From Octopus vulgaris (Eukaryota): DNA of 64,000 bases. Every line of letters begins with the position of its first letter. Positions within the stretch are counted from its first letter, which is position 1. Location of the stretch: the NCBI GenBank assembly GCA_951406725.2, contig OX597820.1:7936001-8000000 (forward strand). Reading direction: 5' to 3'. A program made the translations under genes and the position numbers. Positions 51,308 to 64,000 of this stretch are shown piece by piece. The notes beneath the pieces were generated by a model. It saw only the letters and a list, made by a program, of their open reading frames with translations. It did not search any database and was not told where the DNA came from.

Positions 51308-51560
51308 AGAGGGAGAGAGAAAGTTTTACCATCATATATATATATATAGGTTCGGCCATATTGCAATGTTCATTTGCCAGCCATTTTATAGCAGTTAATT
51401 AGTTGTAAGATCATTGAAATCTTCTATTATATCGGATTAAACAGTTCCTTTCACTTAACATCTGCTTCTGATAGGACAGCGGCATTTCTGGAAGATTTCG
51501 GAGTTGTCTGGTGTTTTTTGCAAGATATCGCAATAAACATGTCGTTTTAAGGATCACTGC

Positions 51561-51630
<70 letters not shown>

Positions 51631-51631
51631 A

Positions 51632-51678
<47 letters not shown>

Positions 51679-51905
51679 GTATATATATAAATATATTTAT
51701 ATATGTATATATATATATTTATATATATATATATATACATATATATTTATAAATATATATATATGTATATATATACACACACACACACACATATTTACAT
51801 GCATGCATACATATATGCATACGTACTTATATGCTTGCATATATATATATACATACACACACATACAATACCATTTACGAAATATTCTCATATATACATA
51901 TGTAC

Positions 51906-51936
<31 letters not shown>

Positions 51937-52016
51937 TGTATGTATGTATGTATGTATGTATGTATGTACATATGTATGTATGTATGATGTGCACTGACGA
52001 TATATGTATAATGGCA

Positions 52017-52047
<31 letters not shown>

Positions 52048-52649
52048 AGTGTGTGCATGAATGAACGCTTGTGCCTTATATGTATGTTTACACATGTATA
52101 TACAAATATACGCGAACGTTTATGCCTCTATGTATGTAGGTATATATGTGCGGTTGTATCTGTGTATACATATATGCATGCACGTGTATGTAAACAACTT
52201 ATATGTGTGTGTATCCATATATACTTGCATACATGTAAGTGCATACATAGCTATTCATGTTAGATACACAGGTAACTTAGTACAGGTAGGCATATATATA
52301 TACAGGCCTCCATATTGACATTCAACATCCATCCATCTATAGATATATGTATACATACGAACATATATAACTACTTACATAAATACACACATACATATTC
52401 CCATAAGTATATGTATGTATATACAGACGTATTTACATTGATATACGCACACACACACACACATATAAATGTATATACTTTATATATATGTGTGTGCATA
52501 TAGTGCATATATATATACACACACACTCAATCACACACACCTTTACACGGACAAACACACACGCCCACATACACGTGCATATACATACATACATGCATAC
52601 ATACATACATACATACATACATACATACATACATACATACATACATACA

Positions 52650-52683
<34 letters not shown>

Positions 52684-52923
52684 CATAGGTATGCAACCTG
52701 TGTGTGTCAGTGTATGTGCCTCAGGTGAAAGCCATCGAGTCAATAACCTTTATAAGCTTTATGAAAGTTTAAAAAGGTTTACAATACACGGACTTGTGCG
52801 TGTGTATATATTTAATAAATACCCACATTTGGATAATGTATACAAACATACATATATGCATTTATACATATATATGCTGTTATATTTGTGCATATTTATT
52901 AAATCTTTACATAACTGTCTGTA

Positions 52924-52974
<51 letters not shown>

Positions 52975-53344
52975 TTGTGTATATATATTGTGTATGAATA
53001 TATTTATAAAATTTTAACATTGCAATAGTGTATATCTTCATGTAGGCAGTCGTTTCCATCTGCTTATCAATGTGTATTATACTTGCCTCCCATGAATGTC
53101 TAAGCAAAACTTGTCGTGTATGTTTGTGCTGTAATGCTCCAGTGTGTGTTTCGATTCTGTATGTTATAAGAACACTTATTGTTTCACAAGTGCTGCGGGT
53201 TAGCAATATACTTACTTATATGATGTAAACCTGGTTTCTCTATACAGTTAATTGTGAAAATAAATAGAAAATTAAGAAACAAGTTTTAAAATGGACATTG
53301 CGATTAGATGTGCTAACTTTTATGGCCAAAAATAGAAAAGAAAT

Positions 53345-53412
<68 letters not shown>

Positions 53413-53841
53413 CAATATTGGTTAAAGAGTGTGTGTGTGTGTGTTTGTATGAGTTTGTTTCCTTTTGGCTATACATATATGTATATATATATATATATAC
53501 GAGTCTATAGACAATTTATTATGTATATCTTAAAATTTTTAATGTAGATGTTTAGAGAGGGCGTGTGTATATGCATGTACGCATATATATAAATAGATGT
53601 GTACATATATATATATATATATATATGTTTATATACACATATATATAAATGTACACATATATATAAATAGGTATATATATATATATATATGTATGTGTGT
53701 ATGTGTGTGTGTGTGAGAGAGAGTGTTTGTGTGTTTGTGTATGCACCCAGACACATTCACGTATATATACATGCGCAGTTACTGTTATATATACATCTTG
53801 CATATATAAACACCTGCACGTTATAAATGTCTGGTTATTTG

Positions 53842-53881
<40 letters not shown>

Positions 53882-54827
53882 TGTGTATAGATTTACGTAC
53901 GTGTATATGTGTATGCATGAATATGTATATACGTATATATGTGCACATATGTTTGTATATATGTATATAAATATAAATGTATTTAAGTATCTATAAAGGC
54001 ATGTATATTTTAAGTATTTTTTTAATGTAGCTATGTATGCCTGGTGAACAGCTGTCGTTTTTCACTTGTATTACAAACACGACTGTGTTCTCGGTATATC
54101 TTTTCTATTCAGTCTTATCTCATATTTTTCTCCAAGTTCCTTTCACTTCGTTTGGGATACAAAAGTTCTTAACTCCACCTTCAGGATGATTTTATGTAGA
54201 GGTGTGTTGCTCTCTTGTTATGATAAACCTGACCGCTGTCATCGGCTTACGCATTACCGCCGGAATTTGAACTCTCATTCTTACATTTCTAAGTCTTCAA
54301 TTGAATGTATATATTTGTTTGTGACCTGTGTACATTGTATCGTTATTTTTACAGTGTGCTCTGAGAATATTAGAATCCTTTATTTTCCCGGAAATCCTGC
54401 AAAATATATGTTGGTCTCTTAATGTCTGTGTTTGTTTGTTTGTTTGGGTTTTTTTTTAGTTGAATGGCTCACTACGTGGCAACTGTTCCTTGTTGCAAGT
54501 GCATAGTGAGTCGGTAAGAACGCGATGTAGATGTATGGCCATTGTAAGTGATGAAGTCATGAAAATTAAGAAATTTTTGTTTGGATTAGCATTCATAATC
54601 TACATTGATCAATAGTAGCTGCTTTAATCCAATGTAATCCATTCTAGTAAATAAGATTGATCAAATAAACCTTAAAATAGTGACCCCAACATACCCGATC
54701 TTCATTTCGTTTTGAAGAGGAGACTGTGAAGTTCTATAAACGTCGATGGTGGACGGAAGAAAATATTAAAAACAAGACATTGATTAATAAAAAGATCGTC
54801 AGAATACAGTCGTATTTTTAATACTGA

Positions 54828-54870
<43 letters not shown>

Positions 54871-54901
54871 CGCGTGTGTGTGTGTGTGTGTGCGCGCGCG
54901 C

Positions 54902-54941
<40 letters not shown>

Positions 54942-55092
54942 TTTACTTTTCTGTTAAGGTAAGATCAACAAATAAGGTACTCTATCCAGATAAATATTGT
55001 TGAATGTACGCAGTAGATAGTCGTGAGCTTGCCGGCAAATTTGTCTGCTCTGAAAAAGGATTTTATCCTTTGTATATTCTGTTCAGTATTCA

Positions 55093-55310
55093 CTCTCTTT
55101 ACTCTTTTACTCTTTTACTTGTTTCAGTCATTTGACTGCGGCCATACTGGAGCACCGCCTTTAGTCGAGCAAATCGACCCCGGGACTTATTCTTTGTAAG
55201 CCCAGTACTTATTCTATCGGTCTTTTTTGCCGAATCGCTAAGTGACGGAGACGTAAACACACCACCATCGGTTGTCAAGCAATGCTAGGGGGACAAACAC
55301 AGACACACAA

Positions 55311-55387
<77 letters not shown>

Positions 55388-55553
55388 TACGACGGGCTTC
55401 TTTCAGTTTCCGTCTACCAAATCCACTCACAAGACTTTGGTCGGCCCGAGGCTATAGTAGAAGACACTTGCCCAAGGTGCCACGCAGTGGGACTGAACCT
55501 GGAACCATGTGGTTGGTTAGCAAGCTACTTACCACACAGCCACTCCTGCGCCT
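55093..55553 (-). mobile_element. Full-length tRNA-derived SINE with a CORE-like segment, internal microsatellite and (AGTAAAAG)n tail
   Basis: Minus strand AGGCGCAGGAGTGGCTGTGTGG..GGTTCAGTCCC..GGCACCTTGGGCAAGTGTCTT; a second copy is at 59060-59468. Confidence 0.85.
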
Positions 55554-55690
55554 ATTGAAAAAAATATATCTTTCTCCTTGTTCTACCTCTCAACGCTTCA
55601 AAAACAAACTTATGTTTGTTCACATATGACGTTATATACGTATATACATTACCAATCGAACATAGTGTGATTTGTTTAAACGTCGAATTA

Positions 55691-56403
55691 GCTGTAGGTT
55701 AGCGTCCAGGGAAAGCTCCCTACACGGATCCGAGTGTTAAAGAACACCCGGATGTCACGGACCAGGCTAGACAACTTGCCCCGAAGTGATCGAGAATGGC
55801 AGATACCGATATTTCGCTATTAATGTGTCTTTATCAATGTCATATCCTCGGATCACGTTGAAATGAAATAAAGAGATAAAGTTTACTAGAGTTGTGAAAG
55901 AAGATAAATTGGGAATTAACCCAATTTATCTTCTTTCCCATGAGCTACGCTGCAGCACATCAGCATATTGGTTTTACTCTATGTGCATACAAGTCCCAGG
56001 ACAGCGACTCATTTCATTTCAAAGTGATCCGAGCAAATGGTATTGATAAGCCAAAATGATGGCGAAATATCGGTATCTACCATTCTTGGTCACTTCGCGG
56101 GGAGTTGTCTCGCCTAACCTGGTACATTGATATCTTTTAACTCTCGATGACGCGTAAGAAGCCTTCCCGTGACGCTATCCCACAGCAAGTGGGTCTTTAA
56201 ACCAAGACCATACACTATATATGAGCAAATGGTATTGATATGGCGAAATATCGGTATCTAGCATTCTCGGTCACTTCGCGGGGAGTTGTCTCGCCTAACC
56301 TGGTACATTGATATCTTTTAACTCTCGATGACGCGTAAGAAGCCTTCCCATGACGCTATCCCACAGCAAGTGGGTCTTTAAACCAAGACCATACACTATA
56401 TAT
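55691..56403. mobile_element. Old MITE-like inverted repeat (55691-55870 / 56010-56186) with a tandem duplication of the right arm
   Basis: AGATACCGATATTTCGC / GCGAAATATCGGTATCT and CTCGGATCAC / GTGATCCGAG mirror each other. 56030-56222 is repeated at 56223-56403. Confidence 0.65.
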
Positions 56404-56704
56404 GTGCGACCAATAACGCTTACATTTCTACAACTGCTTTTAATCCGTAATATATATATATTTACGTTTTATTTATTATTTTGCACTTTACTTTATCATC
56501 GTTATATTTTTTATCTCATATTTAATCTTTCTATAATATGTAATTTTCTAGATGTTATAATTTAATTTTTCATTATTGAATTGATAAAAAGTGGAGGTTT
56601 TTCTAATTTATATATATATATATTATATTTTGTGAAATTTGATTTAGTATTTCTAAATTGAATTTTTCCCTGTAAGTTTGGAATTAGATTCCCTCATATT
56701 ATTA

Positions 56705-56756
<52 letters not shown>

Positions 56757-57607
56757 ATAGATATGCATTCATTCCCACTCTGCCTATATGTTTGTGTGCG
56801 TACGTGCGCGAGTCTTTGTATTTCTATGTATGCATGTGTGTGTGTGTGTGTTCATCTATGTATATATGTATATTCGGCTATTTACTTGAACCTGAATTTC
56901 TTTTATTCTTTTCCGAGCTATGGCCATCTCGATCATGGGGCATCGCCTATAAAAGTTTTGCTTCAGATTTCACTTTGCCGATCTTCAAATGATTTTTGAA
57001 ATGGAAACGGTTGATTATCACTTTATGTAAGCAGCATTTTAAAGATTCGTACAACTTCTGATTCTCTTGCAGCTCTATCGGGAGAACCGTGGAAATTCAA
57101 AACATAATTATTCGATGCAAAAATTTCTGTTCTAAAGGAAAATGGATTTCAAAAACACTCCCATCAATTGAAAAGAATGATTTTAAGTGTATCTGAATGA
57201 TAATAATGTACATCAAAGAATTTCAAAGATGTTATGCACACAAAAATTATAAACTGTGCAACGGAATTCCTACAAGACAGGCAACTGACATTAAAAGAAT
57301 TTAAGTTTAACAATTTTAATATTTTGAAAAATATTGTTTTCTACCTTCTTTTGAATCACTGTGGAAGAAAATTTACGAATCTGTAGGTAAGTTAAAAATT
57401 GTTAGTGAAATTCAGCCATAGTATCCGAAATAATTCAAACGTTTCTTGTTAAAACTGGGAAAAGAATATAACGGTTTTCCCTGAAAATCAAAGTGAAATC
57501 CTTTCATAAATATTTGGAAATACGTTCCATTATTGACCAACCAATCTTAAAATTAGTAATTTTTTTTTTTCATTTAACCTCTACATTCCTGTCCGTGTGT
57601 ATACTTC

Positions 57608-57654
<47 letters not shown>

Positions 57655-58052
57655 GCATACACAAAATGTGTGTGTTGATGGTTCATAGTCGGCTGCGTTT
57701 TAGGGGGAAGAGAATACATTCTCAATGCGCCCGATGTTTGAAACACCTGAAAGTAAGTCATAGGCAAGCGAGACAACTCACATCAGGTCCCTTCTCGGAA
57801 CGACAGACATCACTGTTTCGTCATTATGCATGTATACATATACACATACCCACACAAACCCTCATGTATGCATATAAGTAATAATTTTAAGTTTGCGCAT
57901 ATGGCTGTTAGTAGGCCGTTTGAAGCATGTTCACTGTCCTTCTCAGCCTGATGCCATCAAGAGTATGTATTTACTTCAGGAATTCTTTCGTGTCCATCGA
58001 GTATATGACATAACTGAAAGCGAAAATGGAATTCACAAGATACTTTATTGAC

Positions 58053-58154
58053 GACTACGACCGTTTCGACCCATCGTGCATCGATTCATCGCGGGTGAAA
58101 TTCTGTACCACTGGTTATGGGGAGTCGTTCGGTGCAGATGTATCTCGTCAGGTG
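58053..58154 (-). ncRNA. Type I hammerhead-like motif with extended stem II
   Basis: Minus strand: AC | CTGACGA | GAT-A-CATC-TGCA..TGCA-C-GATG-G-GTC | GAAA | C-GGTC-G | TA | GT, then AATAAA within ~10 nt. Confidence 0.65.
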
Positions 58155-58530
58155 ATTTTTCAAAAGGTACCTCGCACTTGAATCTCCGTTTCGCTTATTC
58201 GATTAGAATCCGTTTCGTTATTTGCCTCCAGCTGGTGACGTACAGGACGGATCATGAGTGAGAATGATTTCGAATGAAGAACAGTTCTTTTATAGGTAAT
58301 GAGCATACCTACAATTAATCAAAAATAGAATGCGTATATGAGAATAATAAATTTAAAAAAGCATACAAAGAGCAAGTTAACCAGGTACTGTGCTTGTATT
58401 GATAAAGAGATACGTTAAATAAAGCCTTAAAAGGATAAGAATACCATGTATGAGATGAAGAAGCAAAACACAAATCAAGCATAAGGTGACATTTGTTGAC
58501 TACAGTATTTTAAGGAGTGTGTGTGTGTGC

Positions 58531-58588
<58 letters not shown>

Positions 58589-58591
<3 letters not shown>

Positions 58592-58780
58592 AGAGTAAAC
58601 ACATAAATGCGAAACAAGGTTGAAAAAGTAGTACTCGAAGACCAGAGGTAGAGTAACATGATTTATTAAAAAGCAGCAAAAATATAAAATCTTACTCAGT
58701 TTCATGTCCAACGAACGGGAGCGTGAAACTCTGAGTAACAGTTTTTTGTGATATTTTTGCTGCTTTTTAATAAAGTGTAT
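58589..58780. mobile_element. Diverged copy of the 35788-36021 palindromic element
   Basis: Same GAGTAAACACATAAATG.GAAACAAGGT extension. Motif at 58705-58740: TGT | CCAACGA | ACG-GGAG-CGT | GAAA | CTCTGAG | TA | ACA. Confidence 0.7.
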
Positions 58781-58797
58781 ATATATATATATATATA

Positions 58798-58979
58798 GTC
58801 AAATCGAATAATGGAGCATTGAAAATAACAAACAAGAGGAAGTGCACGTGGGATGTATTAGTTTTACGGTCGGTAAAGGTGGAAAAAAGACGTTTTGAGC
58901 ATAGCTCTTCGTCAGAAAGGAGAATGGAAAAAGGAAGAGAAGGGAAAATATCACCAACTGCACATCAGTGGTTACATGA

Positions 58980-58982
<3 letters not shown>
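58798..58982 (-). mobile_element. Diverged family A-related element between (TA)n tracts
   Basis: Minus strand CTGACGA-A-GAGC-TAT-GCTC-AAAACGTC; shares the GATGTATTAGT..ACG motif with family A. Confidence 0.55.
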
Positions 58983-59048
<66 letters not shown>

Positions 59049-59059
59049 ATGTATTTTTA

Positions 59060-59464
59060 TCTTTTATTCTTTTATTTGTTTCAGTCATTTTACTGCGGTC
59101 ATGCTGGAGCACCACCTTTAGTCGAGCAAATCGTCCCTAAGACTTATTCTTTATAAGCATAGTACTTATTCTATCGGGCTCTCTTGCCGAACCGCTAGTG
59201 GCGGGGACGTAAACACACCAGCATCGGTTGTCAAGCGATGTTGGGGGGGGGGACAAACAGACAAACACAGACACACAAACATATACATACATATATATAT
59301 ATACGACGGGCTTCTTTCAGTTTCCGTCTACCAAATCCACTCACAAGGCTTTCGTCGGCCTGAGGCTATAGTAGAAGATACTTGCCCAAAGTGCCACGCA
59401 GTGAGACTGAACCCGGCACCATGTGGCTGGTAAGCAAGTTACTTACCACACAGCCACTCCTGCG

Positions 59465-59468
<4 letters not shown>
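59060..59468 (-). mobile_element. Full-length tRNA-derived SINE (same family as 55093-55553)
   Basis: Aligns end to end with the 55093 copy. Confidence 0.85.
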
Positions 59469-59530
<62 letters not shown>

Positions 59531-59531
<1 letters not shown>

Positions 59532-61840
59532 AATTGGCCCTTTTCGTCTGTGCAGACGAGGGGCTCCCTTTCTTGCAGCTTCTTTCATGGCTGCTTCTTC
59601 CTATGATTGAAGCACAGCTTCTGTCACAGTATTTGCATACGAAGAGCGTGGCTCGGCACTGCATTTCTGTTGTTTTTCTTTCGCCACTGACTCTCCTCAG
59701 CTTGTTTGTTTCTCTAGCGAAGCAGTTCCTTCCTTCACAACAGTCCTCCATGATGTTCTATCCTCAGCCCTCTTTTCCCAGGTGCCGACATCTACCTCAG
59801 TTTTGCAAGTGTCTTTATACTTCAGTTTTGGTCTTCCTCTTGGTCTCTTGCTTTGGGCCAGTTCTCCATAGAGCAGTTGCTTCGGGATTCGATGGTCATC
59901 CATTCTCCTGACATGCCCCACCCACCTCAGTCTTCTCATACACAAGATAGCTGTTATGCTTTGAAGATTCGCCTGGGCCAGCACTTCAACATTGGTGACA
60001 TTGTCGCGTCACGTTAGGCCTAAGATCTTGCGGAAGCATCTGAGACGGAAAATGCCGAGCAACCTTTCCTATCTGCTGTACAAGGTCCATGTTTCAGATC
60101 CATAGAGGAGTGTGCTGAGAACACAAGCTTCGTAAATCCTGATCTTTGTCTTGATGCCTAATCTCTTGTTCTGCCATATTCGTTTTGTCAGCCTTCCAAA
60201 AGTTGTTGCTGCCTTCCCTACCCTGACGTTAATCTCATCATCAAGTGAAGCAGTAGAGAATATGGTAGACCCTAGATAGCAGAACCTGTCCACTGTCTCA
60301 AGCTCTTCGTCATCAAGCTTGATATGGCCTTTCACTGCGTCCTCCTGAGTGAGGATGACTGTCTTCTTTACACTGATGACCAAACCGAAGACCTTGCATG
60401 CTAATGACAGGTGGTCCATCCGTATTTGTAGAGTTAACTCACGGTGAGCAACAAATGCTGCATCGTCGGCGAAGAGAAAGTCTCTTATTGTTGATCTATT
60501 GATCTTAGTCTTGGCCCGAAGTCTAGAAAGATCAAAGAGTGACCCATCAGTTTTCCAACAAAGGTAGACATCTTCCGACAACTCTTGAAATGCATACTGC
60601 AGCAATACAGCAAAATAAATGCTGAAAAGGATTGGTGCTAAGACACAACCTTGTTTTACTCTGCTGTTGATGTTGAAGCTATTTGATGATATTAAACTGT
60701 CAAACTGAATGGTGGCCTCCATGTCATCATGGAACGAAACAATGAGCTGCAGTAGCATTGGGGGACGGCCGCATTTTCCAAGCACCATGTACAGTCGCGA
60801 TCTGCTGACTGTATCAAATGCTTTTGTCAGATCGACAAATGCTATATATAGTGGGAATTGCTGCTCCCGGCATTTTTCTTGTAGTTGACGAATGGAGATC
60901 TTATCCATTGTTGAGCGGTTAGATCTAAAACCGCACTGGCTCTCTGGTAGTACTCTTTCTGCTTGCTTCTGAAGTCATTTCAGAATGATCCTCACAAAAG
61001 CTTTTCCAGTGATACTCAGAAGTGAGATGCCTCTGTAGTTATTACAATCTCCCTTGTCCCCTTTATTTTTGTAGAGTGATGATCTTGGGATCTCTCATAT
61101 CCTGTGGAATTTTTACTTCCAACCAACACGTCTTTAGTAACTTGTATAAATGTGGAAGGAGTTACCTTTGTTCCTTTTCAACACCTCAGCAGGTATATTG
61201 TCATTTCCGCCGACAAGTTCATCGATTGCAGTGGAGAGTTCTTCATCCGTTGGTGGCATATCAAGTTCTGTCGTTTCGGGGAATTGAGGAATGGCCTCAT
61301 CAAGCTGTCTATCAACGTATCGGTCCTTTGTGTACAATTGAGAGTAACGTTCCACCCATCTGTCCATTTGTTTCTTCTGGTCTGTCAGCTGGTCACCTGT
61401 TGCAGAGAGGTGCCACTTTACTCACTTTTGGTCTAATAACAACTCTAATCTTCTCATACATTTTCCTGATGTTACCCATGTCACTCACCTGTTGAATTTC
61501 TAAGCATAATTTATTCCAGTACAGGTTGGCACATTTTCTAGTTACCTTTTGAAGGTTAGATTTTGCAGCACGTAGTTATTGCTTTGTACTTTGTACTTTC
61601 TGTTGGCTTTCTAATGTGCTTTATGAAGATATTGCGCTTTTTCTCAAGTAATGGCATTAGTATTGATGCATTAGCTTCGATCCAATCCTCCTTGGAAAGT
61701 CGATCCATTCCAAAGGCCCTCGACGCAGAATCATATATTGCTGATTTCATGTTGTTCCACATGTCGTCAGGGGATGAGCAATCTAAGTTTTGGAGCTGTT
61801 CTTCAACATATTCTTGAAATTTGCTTCTCATCGCTGGGTC
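59531..61840 (-). mobile_element. 5'-truncated RTE-clade LINE, RT pseudogene
   Basis: ORF 60069-60908 contains LQEKCREQQFPLYIAFVDLTKAFDTV, KQGCVLAPILF, LFADDAA, FCYLGS and LLYGSETW. Downstream is RRLRWVGHVRRM..RPRGRPK and a C-terminal CKYCDRSC..SHERSC finger. Confidence 0.92.
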
Positions 61841-62438
61841 TTGGGTGTTTTTTTGTGTTGATCTTAGGTTCATAAAACATACAAATCTGCCCATATATAC
61901 ATACACACATACAAACAAACAAAAATACTCTGTTGTTGATGTTGGAATTCCAATGAAGGAACCTTGGATCTAGGTTAGAAACCGGTTCTTTTTCTATTGG
62001 CGAGAAATCTTGAAATAACCTGAATGATGTGCATACATACATACATACATACATACATACATACATACATACAAACATACATAGCCGCACGGATACAGAC
62101 ACACAAGCCCACACCGACACATATACAGTATACGGATATACAACGACCCAGTCTGTAGGTATGTACCCATACACTGTTAATTTTACGCTCTGTGGTGGCC
62201 GTGTATGTATATACATATGTATATCACAAGCACACACACACACACACACATACAGAGAGAGGAGGCAAGGAGAATGAGCAAGGAGCAACCAACAATATGC
62301 ATATTTACATGGAAACAGATTATTGTAAGATATTAATCAAATGAGAGAAACGGAATATCTGCGACGATAGCTTAGCTATATTTGGATATAGATATATATA
62401 TGCTGTGAGAGTATAGAGCTTATGATATATTGATGTAT

Positions 62439-62481
<43 letters not shown>

Positions 62482-62726
62482 AGTTTGTGTGTGTATGTGT
62501 TACATATCAATTTTGTTGTATATATGATATGATACATATAAATGTATGTGTGTATACACATGTATATATGTGTAAAATTATTTATATATATGCATGCATA
62601 CATACATATATTAGCGTAAACTAGTGTGTGTACGTGTATAAAAACATATGTAAGAAGAAAACTGACTACTAACAATACACACAAGCACACATATTTATAC
62701 ATACATTTTATACATACATGTGTGTT

Positions 62727-62780
<54 letters not shown>

Positions 62781-62887
62781 TAAATACGTATATGCATATA
62801 TATATACATATATACAGATACATGTGCGTATACATGTATGTATAGAGGGAGAGAGAAACATAGGTAGATTGTGATAGAGAGAGAGAA

Positions 62888-63280
<393 letters not shown>

Positions 63281-64000
63281 AGAAAGATGGTGGATATAGG
63301 TAAAATATCTTTTAATAAACAAATTGCTTTTTTTTCTGTGTCAACTCAGTCTTACTTCCATCTTAATATTGTTGTTGCTTTTATTTGTATTTTTCTTTCT
63401 TATTTCCGCATCTTTCCGTCATCTTAATTTCTCTAGTATTCTTCTTCTTCTTGTTATTGTTATTGGCTGTTTCTGTAGTTTTGATGTTGTCATTCGTATC
63501 ATCGTCGTCGTCGTCGTTGTTGTTGTTGTTGTTGTTCCTATTTTTTTCTCTCTTTTTTTTTTCTATTTTTATGTATTTGTCTTTCAGATTTATTTCTGCC
63601 ATTGTTGTCTTTGTTGTTGTTGTTGTTGTTGTTGTTGTTGCAGAGTTTGTTGTTTTTCTTGGTCGTTCTTTGCTTCTGTCATTCGTGTATTGTTATCGTT
63701 GTTATTCTTTCTGTTTCACTTGCCATTTGCAGTCACCGAATAGAAGTATCCTCCTCTGCCTCCCACCTCTTCTTCTTCCTCCTCTTCTTCTTCTTCAGCC
63801 TCTCTTCTTCTCCTCGTCATTCCCTTTTCTTCTTTTTCATCTTCTTCCTCCTCCTCCTCTTTCTTCTCCATCTTCTTTTCTTATTTTCTTCTTCTTTCCT
63901 TCATTTTTCTCCTTCTTCAAATCTTATTCCATCCTCCATCTTCCTTCTCGATTTTCTCAATTTTTTCTTTCTTCCTTTCTTATTCTTTTTCCTTCTCATC

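Noticed and set aside
54708-54748. TTGAAGA..TAAACGTC hammerhead-like motif
   Set aside because: Two non-compensatory core changes and weak stems.
56900-57540. Possible hAT transposase remnant on the minus strand (NPF..IELQEN-like)
   Set aside because: Only a few residues match across stops and frameshifts, which is insufficient.

Overview
This is eukaryotic, AT-rich, non-genic (intergenic or intronic) DNA saturated with microsatellites ((TA)n, (GATA)n, (CA)n, (GA)n, (TATG)n, (GGT)n) and decayed transposons. The SINE/LINE repertoire and microsatellite load look like a cephalopod (octopus) genome; that is an inference. No intact host gene, RNA gene or CRISPR array can be supported, and nearly all ORFs in the track are microsatellite read-through. 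Recognisable elements: two CR1-group LINE RT remnants plus short CR1 3' ends, two RTE remnants, a Tx1/L1-like remnant, a mariner (DD34D) remnant, MITEs, a non-autonomous Helitron, about 13 tRNA-derived SINE copies with shuffled tails, and two Penelope-like elements (PLEs; one Naiad-like RT plus GIY-YIG, one GIY-YIG with an inverted 3' copy). The main signal not explained by the ORF track is about 20 minimal type-I hammerhead-ribozyme (HHR)-like motifs (CUGANGA / stem II / GAAA / palindromic stem III / NUH) from at least 10 apparently distinct short element families. Most sit in or next to (TA)n tracts, and several form head-to-head palindromes with one ribozyme per strand. They include recurrent non-canonical cores (U3-A8 covariation, A.A or A.G at the base of stem II, GCAA for GAAA). 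This resembles a PLE-mobilised, TA-targeting, ribozyme-bearing non-autonomous retroelement system. The PLE-HHR link itself is established; catalytic activity and novelty of these families cannot be tested here. Coordinates were read by eye and may be off by a few bases.
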